This document shows positions 12,988-25,544 of a DNA stretch of 64,000 bases, one piece after another. Position numbers and translations under genes: made by a program. The notes beneath the pieces were generated by a model that searched no databases, had not been told where the DNA came from, and was given only the letters and a program-made list of their open reading frames with translations. How positions within the stretch are numbered: the first letter of the stretch is position 1; each line of letters opens with the position of its first letter. The stretch spans positions 54,634,464 to 54,698,463 of the forward strand of contig NC_043011.1 in NCBI RefSeq assembly GCF_006345805.1, written 5' to 3'. The stretch is from Octopus sinensis. Lineage: Eukaryota.

Positions 12988-13685
12988 GCAAAACTAGTTG
13001 AATCTAGTTTTCTAGCGAAGTTATTTGAGTCTGGTTTTCTCGCAAAAGTAGTTGCGGTCGGCTTTCTCACTAAACTAGTCGAATCTGATGTGGCTGGGGA
13101 GAGTCATTTTCTTTTTGTGCCTTATAATGTAACATACTCACCGGTAAAATTTCCACTTTTTTCTTATTTTTATTTTCCTAAAATTTTCGTTGCGTCTTGC
13201 AACCTTTTCAATAGTCTTGAATAAGAAATAAGTGGAAATTTTACCGGTGAGTGTGTTATATTATAAGGCACAAAAAGAAAATGACTCTCCCCAGACACAA
13301 CAGGATATGCTTCAACACACGAAATCATATAAAGAATCTTGCAAACCAAATCCAAAAACGAAATAGTTGAATCTGGTTTTATCGCAAAAGTAGTTGAGCC
13401 TGATTCTTGCACAAAACTATTTGAGACCGAATTTTTTCACAAAAGTAGTTTAATCTGGTTTTCTTGCAAAACTAATCGAGGTTGGTTTTCTCGCAAAACA
13501 TGGGATGGTTTCCTCGCAAAGGTAGTTGAGCCTGACTTTCTCGCGAAATTAGCTGAATCCGCTTTTCCCACAAAGCTTGTTGGAGTGGTTTTCTCGTAAA
13601 ACTAATTTTAATCTGGCCTTCTCGCAAAATTAAATGACGCTGGTTTTATCACAAAACTTTTTGAGAGTTTGGTTTTCCCGACGAA
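12988..13685. repeat. Degenerate ~31-bp minisatellite (GCAAAACTAGTTGAATCTGGTTTTCTC-like), interrupted by a foldback element
   Basis: Recurrent CAAAA..GTTGA.TCTGGTTTT.TCG units at 12988-13090 and 13340-13685. Confidence 0.75.
13090..13297. mobile_element. Foldback element with ~75-bp inverted arms and an internal hammerhead-like motif (13178-13214, -)
   Basis: CTGGGGAGAGTCATTTTCTTTTTGTGCCTTATAA.. is mirrored by ..TTATAAGGCACAAAAAGAAAATGACTCTCCCCAG. Minus strand: CTA-TTGAAAA-G-GTTGC-AAGAC-GCAAC-GAAA-AT-TT-TAG. Confidence 0.7.
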
Positions 13686-13854
13686 AGTTCCTTACAGTTG
13701 TGATGGGTACTAGCAGTACTTTGACACATCACTTTGAATATTTATTTCGCTGTCTTCAAAAGAAATTTTTGCAACGGAAGTAGAACGGACAGTCAACATA
13801 ATCGACTAAATTCTTGCGAGACTTGAAGTTTCAAGCCCTATAAAATATAAATAA

Positions 13855-14103
13855 ATGTGCCCTTTTAAAGCCTAGCCAGACTCATGGGCCCGGCTTCCCG
13901 GTTTCCATGGCGTATGTGTTTCCCAGCTGGACGGGATGCCAGTCAATAGCAGCGTTACTCATTTTTACCAGCTGAGTGGACTGGAGCAACGTGAAATGAA
14001 GTGTTTTGCTCAAGAACACAACGCGTCGCCCGGTCCAGGAATCGAAACCACAATCTTACGATCATGGTGCTGACATCCTAACCACTAAGCCACGCGCCTC
14101 CAC
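13855..14103 (-). mobile_element. tRNA-derived SINE family D
   Basis: Head GTGGAGGCGCGTGGCTTAGTGG..GGTTTCGATTCC, body TTCTTGAGCAAAACAC. Related to 44368-44698. Confidence 0.8.
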
Positions 14104-14611
14104 AAAATTCCTTTCTTAGGTATTTTGCCCAAGTTCGACAGAGTTACTGCTCGGTTATTTCTCTATGTTATAACAATTGTACTAAAACGGCAAAAAATAT
14201 TGAAATAATTATTTGAATTCTATTTTTAAGATTAATTTGGTTTTAGTCATAGGATTTCAGTTTTAATCTGATTAACCCTTGCGTTTGGACTACTTCATCT
14301 GTGGTCTCCATCAATGCTGGAAGATACAGAGTTATCAAAATAAAAGAAAACAGGAGCGAATTATGCTAATATTTTTATATTCATTCTGCAAGCAATAAAA
14401 TTTCGTTGGAGGGCAGACGGAAAAACAAACATGCTTCGTAAAATACGAATCGCTCCCTTCTGGCAGTATAACACATGAGAGTAGCAACATAGAAATTGAA
14501 AACGACACACACGCACACACACAACACACACACACACACACACGCACGCACACACACACACACACACACACGCACGCGCACACACACACACACACACACA
14601 AGCACATGCAC

Positions 14612-14814
14612 CGCGTATGTATCGTTGGCGATTTTTGTTCCTCCGTCTTCCCTTCCTTGGATCTTTCCTTTTCCTATGTTTCTGACGAAGAGCTCCGCTC
14701 GAAACGTTAAATCTTCCTTCTTTCTTTCCTCTCCTGAGCGTCCAATAATACTATACTTGTTCCACGTCCTCGCGTTGTTGTGTTTTCTCTTTGTGTTTTC
14801 ATGTTTGTATTAAC

Positions 14815-14815
<1 letters not shown>
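14612..14815 (+). mobile_element. Short non-coding element with a minimal hammerhead-like motif (14678-14712), ending in (TA)n
   Basis: TTT-CTGACGA-A-GAGC-TCC-GCTC-GAAA-CG-TT-AAA. Confidence 0.65.
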
Positions 14816-14845
<30 letters not shown>

Positions 14846-14849
14846 ATAT

Positions 14850-15060
14850 CGCCATGTTGATTCGCTAGCTTCTGCACGCATTTTTTTCTCTCCTTGTTTC
14901 TCTCCGTGTTTCTTTTCTGTGTATCTTTCTGTTGAAGAGCGTAGGCTCGAAACGTAAAAGACTTGTTTTATTTATATTCCTGAGCGCCATACTAATACAA
15001 TTGCTTGTTTATATTCCACCTGCCTTCGTCTTTTGTTTATTTTCATAAAGCTTCCCGTTA
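14850..15060 (+). mobile_element. Short non-coding element with a minimal hammerhead-like motif (14924-14961), between (TA)n tracts
   Basis: TCTTT-CTGTTGA-A-GAGC-GTAG-GCTC-GAAA-CG-TA-AAAGA. Second copy at 29027-29214 (-). Confidence 0.7.
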
Positions 15061-15101
15061 TATATATATATTATATATATATATATAATATATATATATA
15101 T

Positions 15102-15130
<29 letters not shown>

Positions 15131-15132
<2 letters not shown>

Positions 15133-15610
15133 CGTTGTGTGATCAATAAGTACCCGGACTGTTGCCATAATAACGAAGAATGAAGCTGCTTGGCATAGAT
15201 TGAGCTTGAACGCTGCTGTGCATGCACAATAAGTGTTAACGTTTCTAGCTCACTTTCGCTGTTTACAGCAGTGCCTGGAAGGATCGTCGCATCGAAAGAT
15301 AAAGTTGAGCCGAGAATCTGCATCAAATTTTGCCAAAAGCTTGGCAATACCTGCTCAAGCGCCTACGCAAAATTTTCAAAAAGTTTACATCGTTCTTGAC
15401 ACAATCAAGATCTTATGCAACTGAAACACGTGTCTCATACTCACGGATAGTGATTCGACGATTTTACCTTACTGATGCACGCACATCTGAAATGTTTTTC
15501 TCACTTCTGCTGGTTGCGGGTCTTCCAGAACGTTCGACAATATCGACATTTTCTCGGCCATCTTAGAAATATCTGAAACACTCGTACACTTGTTTGCGGC
15601 TCATATAAAC
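15131..15610. mobile_element. Rearranged mariner relic
   Basis: TIR-like TACGTTGTGTGATCAATAAGTACCCGGAC. RICIKFCQKLG on + and MSRKQVYECFRYF*DGRENVDIVERSGRP on -. Confidence 0.65.
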
Positions 15611-15719
15611 ATAAACATACACGCACATACACAGATATAAATTCAGTCACAAGGTGTTGGTAGGCCCGGAGCCGCACACTAAGACTAAACCCGAAACTAC
15701 GTAATCTTCTTAATTACAC

Positions 15720-16230
15720 ACAGGTGGTGTAATTAAGTGGTGAAATCAGACCGGAACTAGGCTGTCCAGTTCTGTCTCACTTTTGGTGAACAACTTCAAG
15801 TCGTCCATAAATAGCAAGTAGTTCAGTTTTCCCTTATCGCTTCCCAGATCATACCCCCAACTTTACCTTCTGTAGCATTTCACTCAAGGGGATCATTCAC
15901 AGCACAAAGAACAGTGAGGATACACTGACCCCTGGAAGATTCCTCTCATGATTATCGCCTTTCCTAATACGTAATTTCCCGTTGTCATTTCAGTTCTCCA
16001 TCATTTCATACAGTCCTATATAAGGCTTCTCATGTTTCTGCTACTCTATACCATTTTCATGGTTCTTGTCATTCAAGAGTGTGGTATCATATCACCTGTT
16101 TTGCGATAGTCAATCCATGCCATGCTCAGGTTTGTGTGTCTTCTCTTCCAGTTTCTCATAGCTAGATTATCAATTAAGAGCCAATTAAGAGCTGATCTTT
16201 CGCTCTCCGGTTCCTCTTTCGGCACACTTT
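15720..16230 (-). mobile_element. R4/Dong-like LINE reverse-transcriptase core fragment
   Basis: LSMAWIDYRK, RGIFQG and YLLFMDDLKLF motifs, frameshifted. Confidence 0.8.
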
Positions 16231-16317
16231 CCGTTCAATAAGATAGATTATCAATTAACAACTGATCTTTCGTCCACCACCACCACCACAACCATCATCA
16301 TCATCATCATCATCATT

Positions 16318-17552
16318 ATTGTCTTTGCTCAGTTTCTAACGCTGGAGATGTGCTACGGTGTCAGCTGTTCACTACCAGTGAACTAAGGTAACACCTCTTA
16401 TTTTTCAAGCACCTTCCGGAGTATTCGAGCAGTTCCAAGCAGTGCTGTTTTTCTGCAAGTGCTCCACCCTTATTGCAGCCCCTATCTGTTCCACGTACTT
16501 CTCGATATTTTTGCTCACTGTTCCCAGGGCTCTGGCAATTATTGGTACTACTGCTACCTTTTTCATCGACCACAACTGCTTAACTTCCCGAGCTAACCTG
16601 TCATATCTCTCGACTTTTCTTTCTTCCTTATCGCATATCTTGTTGTCAGCTGGGCATGCAATATCTATGATGCAGCATAGTTTGTTTTCTTTCTCGATTA
16701 AGACTATGTCCGGCTTCCTAATCTCAATCTCATGGTCGCCCTGAATCATAAAATCCTATAGGATCTTTACATTATCATTTTCGATGATGCCTTCGGGTTT
16801 ATGATCCTACCACTTTTTTTGCTCTGTCAAGTCCACACTTGTTGCAAAGTGTCCAATGGATAATCCTTGTTATGTTGTCATGACGTCTCTTATATTATTT
16901 CTGGGCTAGTGGCGTACATTGGCTAGTAATATACCATACAGTTTCACTGTTTTGTCCACAATTCTGCACTTATCACTTTCTGATGTGTTGCCTATTCTGT
17001 ATTTGATGTAATTCGTTCTTAATGCTGGTTCTTGGGCAGCACAGATTAGAGCCTCTCTTTCTGGTTTTAAATCACTTTTAGTCATCCACAGCCATCTCTT
17101 TTTCTCTGTCTATCTTATATACAACATCCCTATGAAATCGTCCATAACTTTTTTTCTTTATCCACCTATTTTCAGTTTCATTCGTTTTCAATTGCTTGTA
17201 TAGTGCTTTATCTTTGCAATCTTTCATCCTACACAAGCCTGACCTTCTTATATCCAGTAATAGCGATTCTGTGGCGTTTTTTACAAACCATGCTGTTTTC
17301 TTCTGCTCTAATGCTGTGTTCGCATCCAATAAGTCCTCTTCCCCCTCTTTTTCTTGGTACATACAGTCTGTCTGTGTCACCTTCCTTGTCTTTCTGTCTA
17401 AGCTGTTTAGTTCGTCTAATATTCATGTGATTACCCCTGCTCCATATCTAAGGAGTGAAACCGCCCAGGTGTTGACAGCTTCAATCTTTTTCCGTCCGTT
17501 TAATTAAGATCAGAAGCCATGGGAGCCACCGCCTGGTACTGCAACAGGGCAT
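16318..17552 (-). mobile_element. R4/Dong-like RLE LINE, 3' ~1.2 kb plus a 48-nt leader
   Basis: AVNTWAVSLLRYGAG, DRLYVPRKRGGRGL, KCRICGQNSETVWY (Zn knuckle), RRHDN, RKPDIVLIEK..IIDIACPAD..KVERY (PD-D/ExK endonuclease). 3' end runs into TAA/TGA repeats. Confidence 0.9.
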
Positions 17553-17569
17553 ATTATCATAATCATCAG

Positions 17570-17635
<66 letters not shown>

Positions 17636-17647
17636 CATAATCATCAG

Positions 17648-17694
<47 letters not shown>

Positions 17695-17696
<2 letters not shown>

Positions 17697-18250
17697 GCCC
17701 TGATGCAGTACCAGGCAGTGGCTCTCATGGCTTCTGATCTTAACTGATTGGAAGTGTTATCATGTACATTGTTTTGTCTTGGTATAAAAGATGGGCTACA
17801 GCAAATATTCTGCTCAATACCACAGATTTGCTTGTCAGTTGTTTGACCTTAACCAGTTGAGCATGTCCCTTAGTGGCTGACGATATGTGCATCTCTGATC
17901 ACGAGCAGAAGTAGTGGGGGAGCATCATAGCCATGTGTTGAGAGGGATTCTTTGGGGTTTGAATAGTTCACCTCTGGAAACATGGGTGGTTATTTCAACA
18001 TCCTTAAACAACCCTTATTCAGGGACCGTTTGAGCGGGATGGGCTACTCAACCTGAAGAAAATTCTAACTGGGCCCCACCTGCAAGGTCATGTGCTGTTT
18101 ATCTTGATATGAGATCACCATGTCGTGCACATATGGTTGTGATGCATGTGCCTGGTGTACCTTTATCAGACGGTAGTCATGATGGGTATATTGGGCTTCG
18201 TATATTTTACCCCCGTGTCACTTTGATGGCATGAACTGCTCTCTCACTCA
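17695..18250 (+). mobile_element. ~555-bp non-coding element bounded by (TAA)n, copy 1
   Basis: ATGCCCTGATGCAGTACCAGGC...GCTCTCTCACTCA with (AAT)n on both sides. Strand assigned from the leader shared with the adjacent LINE. Confidence 0.85.
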
Positions 18251-18268
18251 ATAATAATAATAATATTA

Positions 18269-19004
<736 letters not shown>

Positions 19005-19006
<2 letters not shown>

Positions 19007-19403
19007 GAGTAAGAGAGCAGCGCCTGAGTTATAAATTTACGAAGCCCAATACACCTATCACGAGGGTATACGAGGCACATGCACCACACGCATATCAAGA
19101 TAAACAACGCATGGCTTTGCAGGTGGGGCCCAGTTAGAATTTTCTTCAGGTCAAGTAGCCCATCCCACTTAAAAAGTCCGTGAATGAGGTTTGCTTAACG
19201 ATGATGAATGAAACAACCCATGTTTCCAGAGGTGAATTATTCAACTGGTTAAGGTGAAACAACTGACAAGCAAATCTGTGGTATTGAGCAGAATATTTGC
19301 TGTAAAGCCCATCTTTTATACCAAGACAAAACAATGTAGATGATAATACTTCCAATCAGTTACGATCAAAACCCACGAGAGCCAGTGGCTGGTACTCCAT
19401 CAG
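19005..19403 (-). mobile_element. Deleted, more diverged third copy of the ~555-bp element
   Basis: Colinear with copy 2 but with internal deletions. A further fragment lies at 23417-23501. Confidence 0.8.
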
Positions 19404-19494
19404 AGCGAAATGCTTAGCGGTATTTCGTCTGCTGCTAAATTTTGAGTTCAAATTCCGCTGATGTCGACTTTGACTTTCATCATTTCGGGGTCGA

Positions 19495-19715
19495 TAAATG
19501 AAATACCTGTGAAACATTGGGGGTCGATGTAATCGACTATCTCCTCCCCTAAATGAAATACCTGTGAAACATTGGGGGACGATGTAATCGACTATCTCCT
19601 CCCCTAAATGAAATACCTGTGAAACATTGGGGGTCGATGTAATCGACTATCTCCTCCCCTAAATGAAATACCTGTGAAACATTAGGGGTCGATGTAATCG
19701 ACTATCTCCTCCCCT
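19495..19715 (+). repeat. 4 x 55-bp tandem repeat inside the 3' part of a SINE A copy (19405-19750)
   Basis: TAAATGAAATACCTGTGAAACATTGGGGGTCGATGTAATCGACTATCTCCTCCCC starts at 19495, 19550, 19605 and 19660. Confidence 0.95.
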
Positions 19716-19882
19716 ATATTTGGGGCCTTGTGCCTCCAGTAAAAAGGATTATTATTATTGTTGTTGTTGTTAATAAATATTAATAACAACAACGAAAATA
19801 ACTATAAGAAATTTGATGCAATCTTAAGAAACCTTTTCATTTTCATTTTCATTTGTGTATTCTAGGGGAGAGATGTATCAGA

Positions 19883-20569
19883 ATGTCTCGGCTGAAATAC
19901 ATCAAGAACCAAAAATTGCCGACTAAAGAAATGCTCTCCGTCTTCGCATTCATTGGTGCACGCGCGCCACTTGACTTTTCTTTCAGACAACTGGAGAACC
20001 TCGACAGTTTATTTTCAAAAGAAACCAGAGATGATGAAACTTCAAAGATGCATACATCTGAAGATATCTTATTCGGGAAATCGTCAGAGCAGACCAATTT
20101 GAGCAAACCGGAAGAGGAGCCCAAAACGTCTAGTAAAAAGTCATTGAGCCAGAGTCTTCGACTGAATAACAATTCTCTTAACAACATCGAAAGCTTGCCT
20201 GCCATGGTTCATGCATATTTCCAATATTCCAGTGATCTTGCCTGGCTAGATCTGTCATTTAACCATATGAAGACCATCAGCCCTCAGTTGTGCAAGTTCC
20301 CAAACCTTCAGATATTATACATGCATGGGAACGCGATAACTAACATGAACGACATTGGCAATTTAGTTCCACTAACGAAGTTGACCAAGCTCACTTTACA
20401 CGGAAATCCAATAGAGCAGATACCAAACTATAGAATCACCGTTATATCTCGTCTTGTGACCCTCAGAGAATTCGACTTCAGTTGTGTCTCTCTTTGGGAG
20501 AGAGAGGCGGGAGAAAGAATGCAAAACGAAATAAAAAAGACGAAAAAGCCAAGAAAAAAGACACAGTAA
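19883..20569 (+). CDS. LRRC51: Leucine-rich repeat-containing protein 51-like (228 aa), uninterrupted CDS
   Basis: PLDFSFR, SQSLRLNNNSL, LAWLDLSFNHM, LYMHGNAI, LTLHGNPIEQIPNYR and FDFS are colinear with vertebrate LRRC51 as I recall it. Polypyrimidine tract and AG acceptor end at 19864, 18 nt before the ATG. Confidence 0.92.
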   Translation: MSRLKYIKNQKLPTKEMLSVFAFIGARAPLDFSFRQLENLDSLFSKETRDDETSKMHTSEDILFGKSSEQTNLSKPEEEPKTSSKKSLSQSLRLNNNSLNNIESLPAMVHAYFQYSSDLAWLDLSFNHMKTISPQLCKFPNLQILYMHGNAITNMNDIGNLVPLTKLTKLTLHGNPIEQIPNYRITVISRLVTLREFDFSCVSLWEREAGERMQNEIKKTKKPRKKTQ

Positions 20570-20925
20570 ATTCCCACGTTCTTGTATTCGAGATGGGAAT
20601 TCTTGAGTTCACACCCACATGCGCAACACAGATGCATATACAAGCACGCGAGTACACAATCACAGTTAACGAACATTCAGTAATACATAATCAGACACAG
20701 GCACAAACACAGTTCCAACTCTCAAACACACGCACGCAAGCACACACAACACACACACGCACACACACACACACATCATTTTAATTGTATATACAACTTG
20801 TACTGTAGGATATTTCCTTCAACATCCATGTAATGGGGTCCCTAAAAGATTTCGATAGCTTCAGTTAGTGTTGCTTCCCTTATCAACTAATATTTACGTT
20901 TATTTGTCCCACTTTGTATCATACC

Positions 20926-21094
20926 CAGGATCGTCTTAGCAGCATTATAGGCCACCGGACCAACGAATACACTAGGTCTTAGACTATTTATTCACTGACA
21001 TCAAGCCACAGCATACACAGATCAAAATTAGGTCCCTAGATCCATAAGGTCCCCGGGCAACTGCACGGTGTACTCATGCTTTAAGACGGTACCA
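20926..21094. mobile_element. Possible decayed hAT-type MITE
   Basis: Imperfect TIRs CAGGATCGTCTTA / TAAGACGGTACC. Confidence 0.35.
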
Positions 21095-21318
21095 AACACA
21101 CTGTATAGTAAGACTATCACCCATCCAACGATTATACCAAATGTAGTGTGACTGGAATCACTCCAGCCATTTCAGTTTTTCCTTTTTACTTCGGTGAAGC
21201 TTTATACTTCCCTTTCAGCTTTAGAATTGGTTCTTCTCGCCTCGTTGATTATACTAGTAATGATTTTCAGCACGTAGATATACCAATAGGAAAGACATTT
21301 GCAATACACACACACACA

Positions 21319-21358
<40 letters not shown>

Positions 21359-21845
21359 TGTGCATGTTTGTGTTTATCTGTTATACACCGGTGCAAAACG
21401 TCGCATCAAATTGTGTCCTCGTACGTCAAATGGCGATTTAGCCATTCGATGGGGAACGGTGGCAAATTCCAAACCGGTATCGGTGATCATCTAAAAGAAA
21501 CAAACGAATCATTTGAAGGCAGTGCTCCAGCATGGCCGCAGTCCAACGTATGAAACCTGTCATAGAATAAAAGAATACATAAAATGTAGCATAATTTCTT
21601 TCTGTATTACTTTACTTTATTCTTCAACGTCACCGCCACCCCTTAATCCGTTACAAATTTATTTTTATAAAACCTCCTGCGTTTCCTTATAGTCTCTTGC
21701 CTCAAACCAGTTTACTTTTCCTGACTTACGTTATCTTATTCAATCGTCAGATACATTTATTTATTCAAGTTTTAAAATATTAAGTATCTGTAAGCCTCGA
21801 ATTCATCAAATGTTTACAACAGTACCAGCAAATAAGAAAGAATAA

Positions 21846-21888
21846 GTGTTTTTGATGAGCAGCTAACGCGAAACTCGGAGTAATTAAC
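21846..21888 (+). ncRNA. Hammerhead-like motif with decayed stem I
   Basis: TTGATGA-GC-AGCTAAC-GC-GAAA-CTCGGAG-TA. 2-bp stem II, near-palindromic stem III, GUA site. Confidence 0.55.
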
Positions 21889-21917
21889 TGGGGAAGCCTC
21901 ATTTCTTCCACTGCCAA

Positions 21918-21986
<69 letters not shown>

Positions 21987-22076
21987 CCGGAACCATCACG
22001 AACCAGGAATTAAGAATCCACAAGAACAATGGAAGGAAACTATATTCTAATGTAAGCCATCTCAGGAAACTGGAGT

Positions 22077-22176
<100 letters not shown>

Positions 22177-22195
22177 TATATACACAAAAAAAAAT

Positions 22196-22459
22196 ACTTA
22201 AGCAGTTTCGGTCTATGAAAAAGGTGGTAGTAGTACTAATGAATCTCGGAGCCCTGGGAACAGTGAGCAAAAATCTCGAGAAGTACGTGGAACAAATAGG
22301 GGCTGCAATAAGGGTGAAAGATTTGCAGAAAACAGCACTGCTTGGAATCGCTCGAATACTCCGGAAGGTGCTCGGAAAATAAGAGGTGTTACCTTAGTTC
22401 ACTGGTAGTGAACAGCTGACACTGTAATACATCTCCAGCGTTAGAAGCGTTGCAAAGGC

Positions 22460-22460
<1 letters not shown>
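22196..22460 (+). mobile_element. R4/Dong-like LINE 3' end followed by (TAA)n
   Basis: Homologous to 16320-16590: ALGTVSKNLEKYVEQIGAAIRVKDLQKTALLGIARILRKVL. Confidence 0.85.
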
Positions 22461-22514
<54 letters not shown>

Positions 22515-22516
<2 letters not shown>

Positions 22517-23096
22517 CTTCTTTTCTACGCTCGGCACAAAGCCCGAAATTTTGGGGGAGGGACCAGTCGATTAGATCGACCTCAGTACGCAGCTGGTACT
22601 TAGTTTATCGATCCCGAAAGGATCAAAGGCAGAGTCGACCTCGGCAGAATTTGAACTCAGAGCATAAAGACAGACGAAATACCTATTTCTTTACTACTCA
22701 CACGGGGCTAAACACAGGACAAACAAGGACAGACAAACGGATTAAGTCGATTATATCGACCCCAGTGCATAAATGGTGCTTAATTTATCGACCTCGAATG
22801 GATGAAAGGCAAAGTCGACCTCAACGGAATTTGAACTCAGAACGTAGCGGCAGACGAAATACCTATTTCTTTACTACCCACAAGGGGCTAAACACAGAGA
22901 GGACAAACAAGGATAGACAAACGGATTAAGTCAATTACATCGACCCAGTGCGTAACTGGTACTTAATTTATCGACCCCGAAAGGATGAAGGGCAAAGTTG
23001 ACCTCGGCGGAATTTGACCTCAAACGTAACGGCAGACGAAATACGGCTACGCATTTCGCCCGGCGTGCTAACGTTTCTGCTGCAGCTCGCCGCCTT
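22515..23096 (-). mobile_element. SINE family A multimer (one head, three bodies)
   Basis: Three repeats of AAAG(G)CAAAGTCGACCTC..ATTTGAACTCAG-like units. Confidence 0.85.
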
Positions 23097-23538
23097 AATA
23101 TATAATAATAATAATAATAAAAGAATAATAATAATAATAATAATATAATATAATAATAAATAATAACAACAATAATAATAACAATAATAATGATAATAAA
23201 TAATAATAATAATAACAATAATAATAACATAATAATAATAATATATAATATAATAATAATAATAATAATAACAATAATATATAATAATAAATAATAATAA
23301 TAATAATAATAACAATAATATAATAATAATAACAATAATCATAATAATAATATAATATAAAATAATAATAAATATAATAACATAATAATAATAAATAATA
23401 ATAATAATAACAATAGATGCATGTGCCTGGTGTACCTTTATCAGACGGTCCATGATGGGTATCTTGGGCTTCGTATATTTTACCCAGTGTCACTTTGATG
23501 CATAATAATATAATATAATAATAATAACAATAATAATA

Positions 23539-23577
<39 letters not shown>

Positions 23578-24289
23578 CAATAACAATAACAATGATACTG
23601 ATGGTGGTGGTAGTAGTGGTGGTGATGGTTGTGGTGACGATGATGATAATCATTTTGTTTCATTAAAACAAACAATTAAATGAAATCATTATTCTTATGA
23701 GTTCATTATTCGTCGCTTTGCTACAGGCAGAAAGATAAAATTCAAAAATTCAAAATGTTACCTTTAATATGAAAAACATTCTGTTTAAATAGAAAAAGTC
23801 TTTGAAAGAATTAGAAAATTATTGACTTTACCTCTATTTTCATTTTCAGAAAAATGTATATATTATATTAGGCGTTTTTTTAATTGGGCAAATTATGGTT
23901 TTAATTGGGTAAAGCATAGGTTGCTTTTCTCAACAAAAGCTTAATATATAAATTTTTCATAAAGTCTAAATAAAAACATGTATTTTGAAATATTTTATTC
24001 CATTTTCTGCTTATTCAGTTTATACATTTTCCATTATTTCCATTAACTTCGATTTCTCCATAAACAACGTTCCAACAGAGGGTTCTGTTTTCAATATTAT
24101 GCTGTGTCTTACTGGTTAATTTGATGGAGACTTGGATGCTAATTGTAGCAGTTGAGTAACAACGTAAATGCTGTCTCGTTTGGTATTGCGTGTGTTGGTA
24201 ATAATTTGTAGCAGACGATGAATGTAAAAGATTTTTGTAAATGATTTTGTAGTATTTACATATTTTCGGTGGTGGTGGTTGTTATTATT

Positions 24290-25118
24290 ATCTTTGCGCA
24301 GCTTCTAACGCTGGAGATATACTACGATGTTACCAGTGAACTAAGGTAACACCTCTTATTTTTCGAGCACCTTCCGGAGTATTCGAGCGGTTCCAAGCAG
24401 TGCTGATTCCTGCAAATGCTTCACCCTTATTGCAGCCCCTATTTGATCCATATACTTCTCAAGATTTTTACTCACTGTTCCCAGGGCTCTGACAGTTATT
24501 GGTACTACTACCACCTTTTTCATCGACCACAACTACTTAACTTCCCAAGCTAACTTGTCATATCTCTCAACTTTTCTTTCTTCCTTATCGCATACCTTGT
24601 TGTCAGCTGGGCATACTATATCTATGATCCAGCATAGTTTGTTTTCTTTCTCGATTAAGACTATGTCCGACTTCCTATTCTGTATCTCATGGTCGCACTG
24701 AATCATAATATCCAATAGGATCTTTACATTTCCATTTTCAATGATGCCTTCAGGTTTATGTTCGTGCCTTTATTATTTTTTTCCTTCTTTCTTCAAATTT
24801 TCTTCCATTTCTCGCCGAGTGTTTTCCGTACACCGAGGGCAGAGAAGCTCATTGTATGCATTCCCAATCTGGTAAGTATCTAAGAGATCAGTAGCGAATT
24901 TTTTGCTCTCTTTCAGAATAGAGTGAAGTTTTTTCGGTCTTTCATGTTTTTCAACAAGTTTTAGCATTCAATCGTAGGTTGTTTCAAGGCATTTGGACAG
25001 TCCGATTGTTGTGGTTTTGTACGTCAGTTCAAGCTGGATCAAGCCTCGACCTACCTGAGCTCTGGGAAGGTAAAGACGATCGACGTCTGCCTTTGGATGG
25101 TGCATCTTATTACAAGTC
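24290..25118 (-). mobile_element. R4/Dong-like LINE fragments (RT C-terminus and RLE)
   Basis: MHHPKADVDRLYLPRAQVGRGL and RKSDIVLIEKENKLCWIIDIVCPADNK. (TAA)n on both flanks. Confidence 0.85.
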
Positions 25119-25208
<90 letters not shown>

Positions 25209-25272
25209 TACGACTACTACTCCACTATACTACTACTACTACTACTATTATTATTATTCTTATATATTATTA

Positions 25273-25316
<44 letters not shown>

Positions 25317-25472
25317 TATTATTAAGCGGTAAGCTTGCATGCCGGGCAAAATGCTTGGCGAATTTCATCCGTCCTTACGTTTCTGAGTTCAAATTTCGCC
25401 GAGGTCGACTTTGCCTTTCAATCTTTTCGAGGTCGATGAAATAGTACCATTTTAAACCACAGGCTATATATA

Positions 25473-25544
<72 letters not shown>

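Noticed and set aside
17695-17770. HDV-like ribozyme in the leader of the 555-bp element
   Set aside because: P1-like and P4-like helices can be drawn, but I could not find P3/L3, P1.1 or a J4/2 catalytic C.
19495-19715. CRISPR-like array
   Set aside because: Units are contiguous with no unique spacers; it is a tandem amplification of a SINE segment in a eukaryote.
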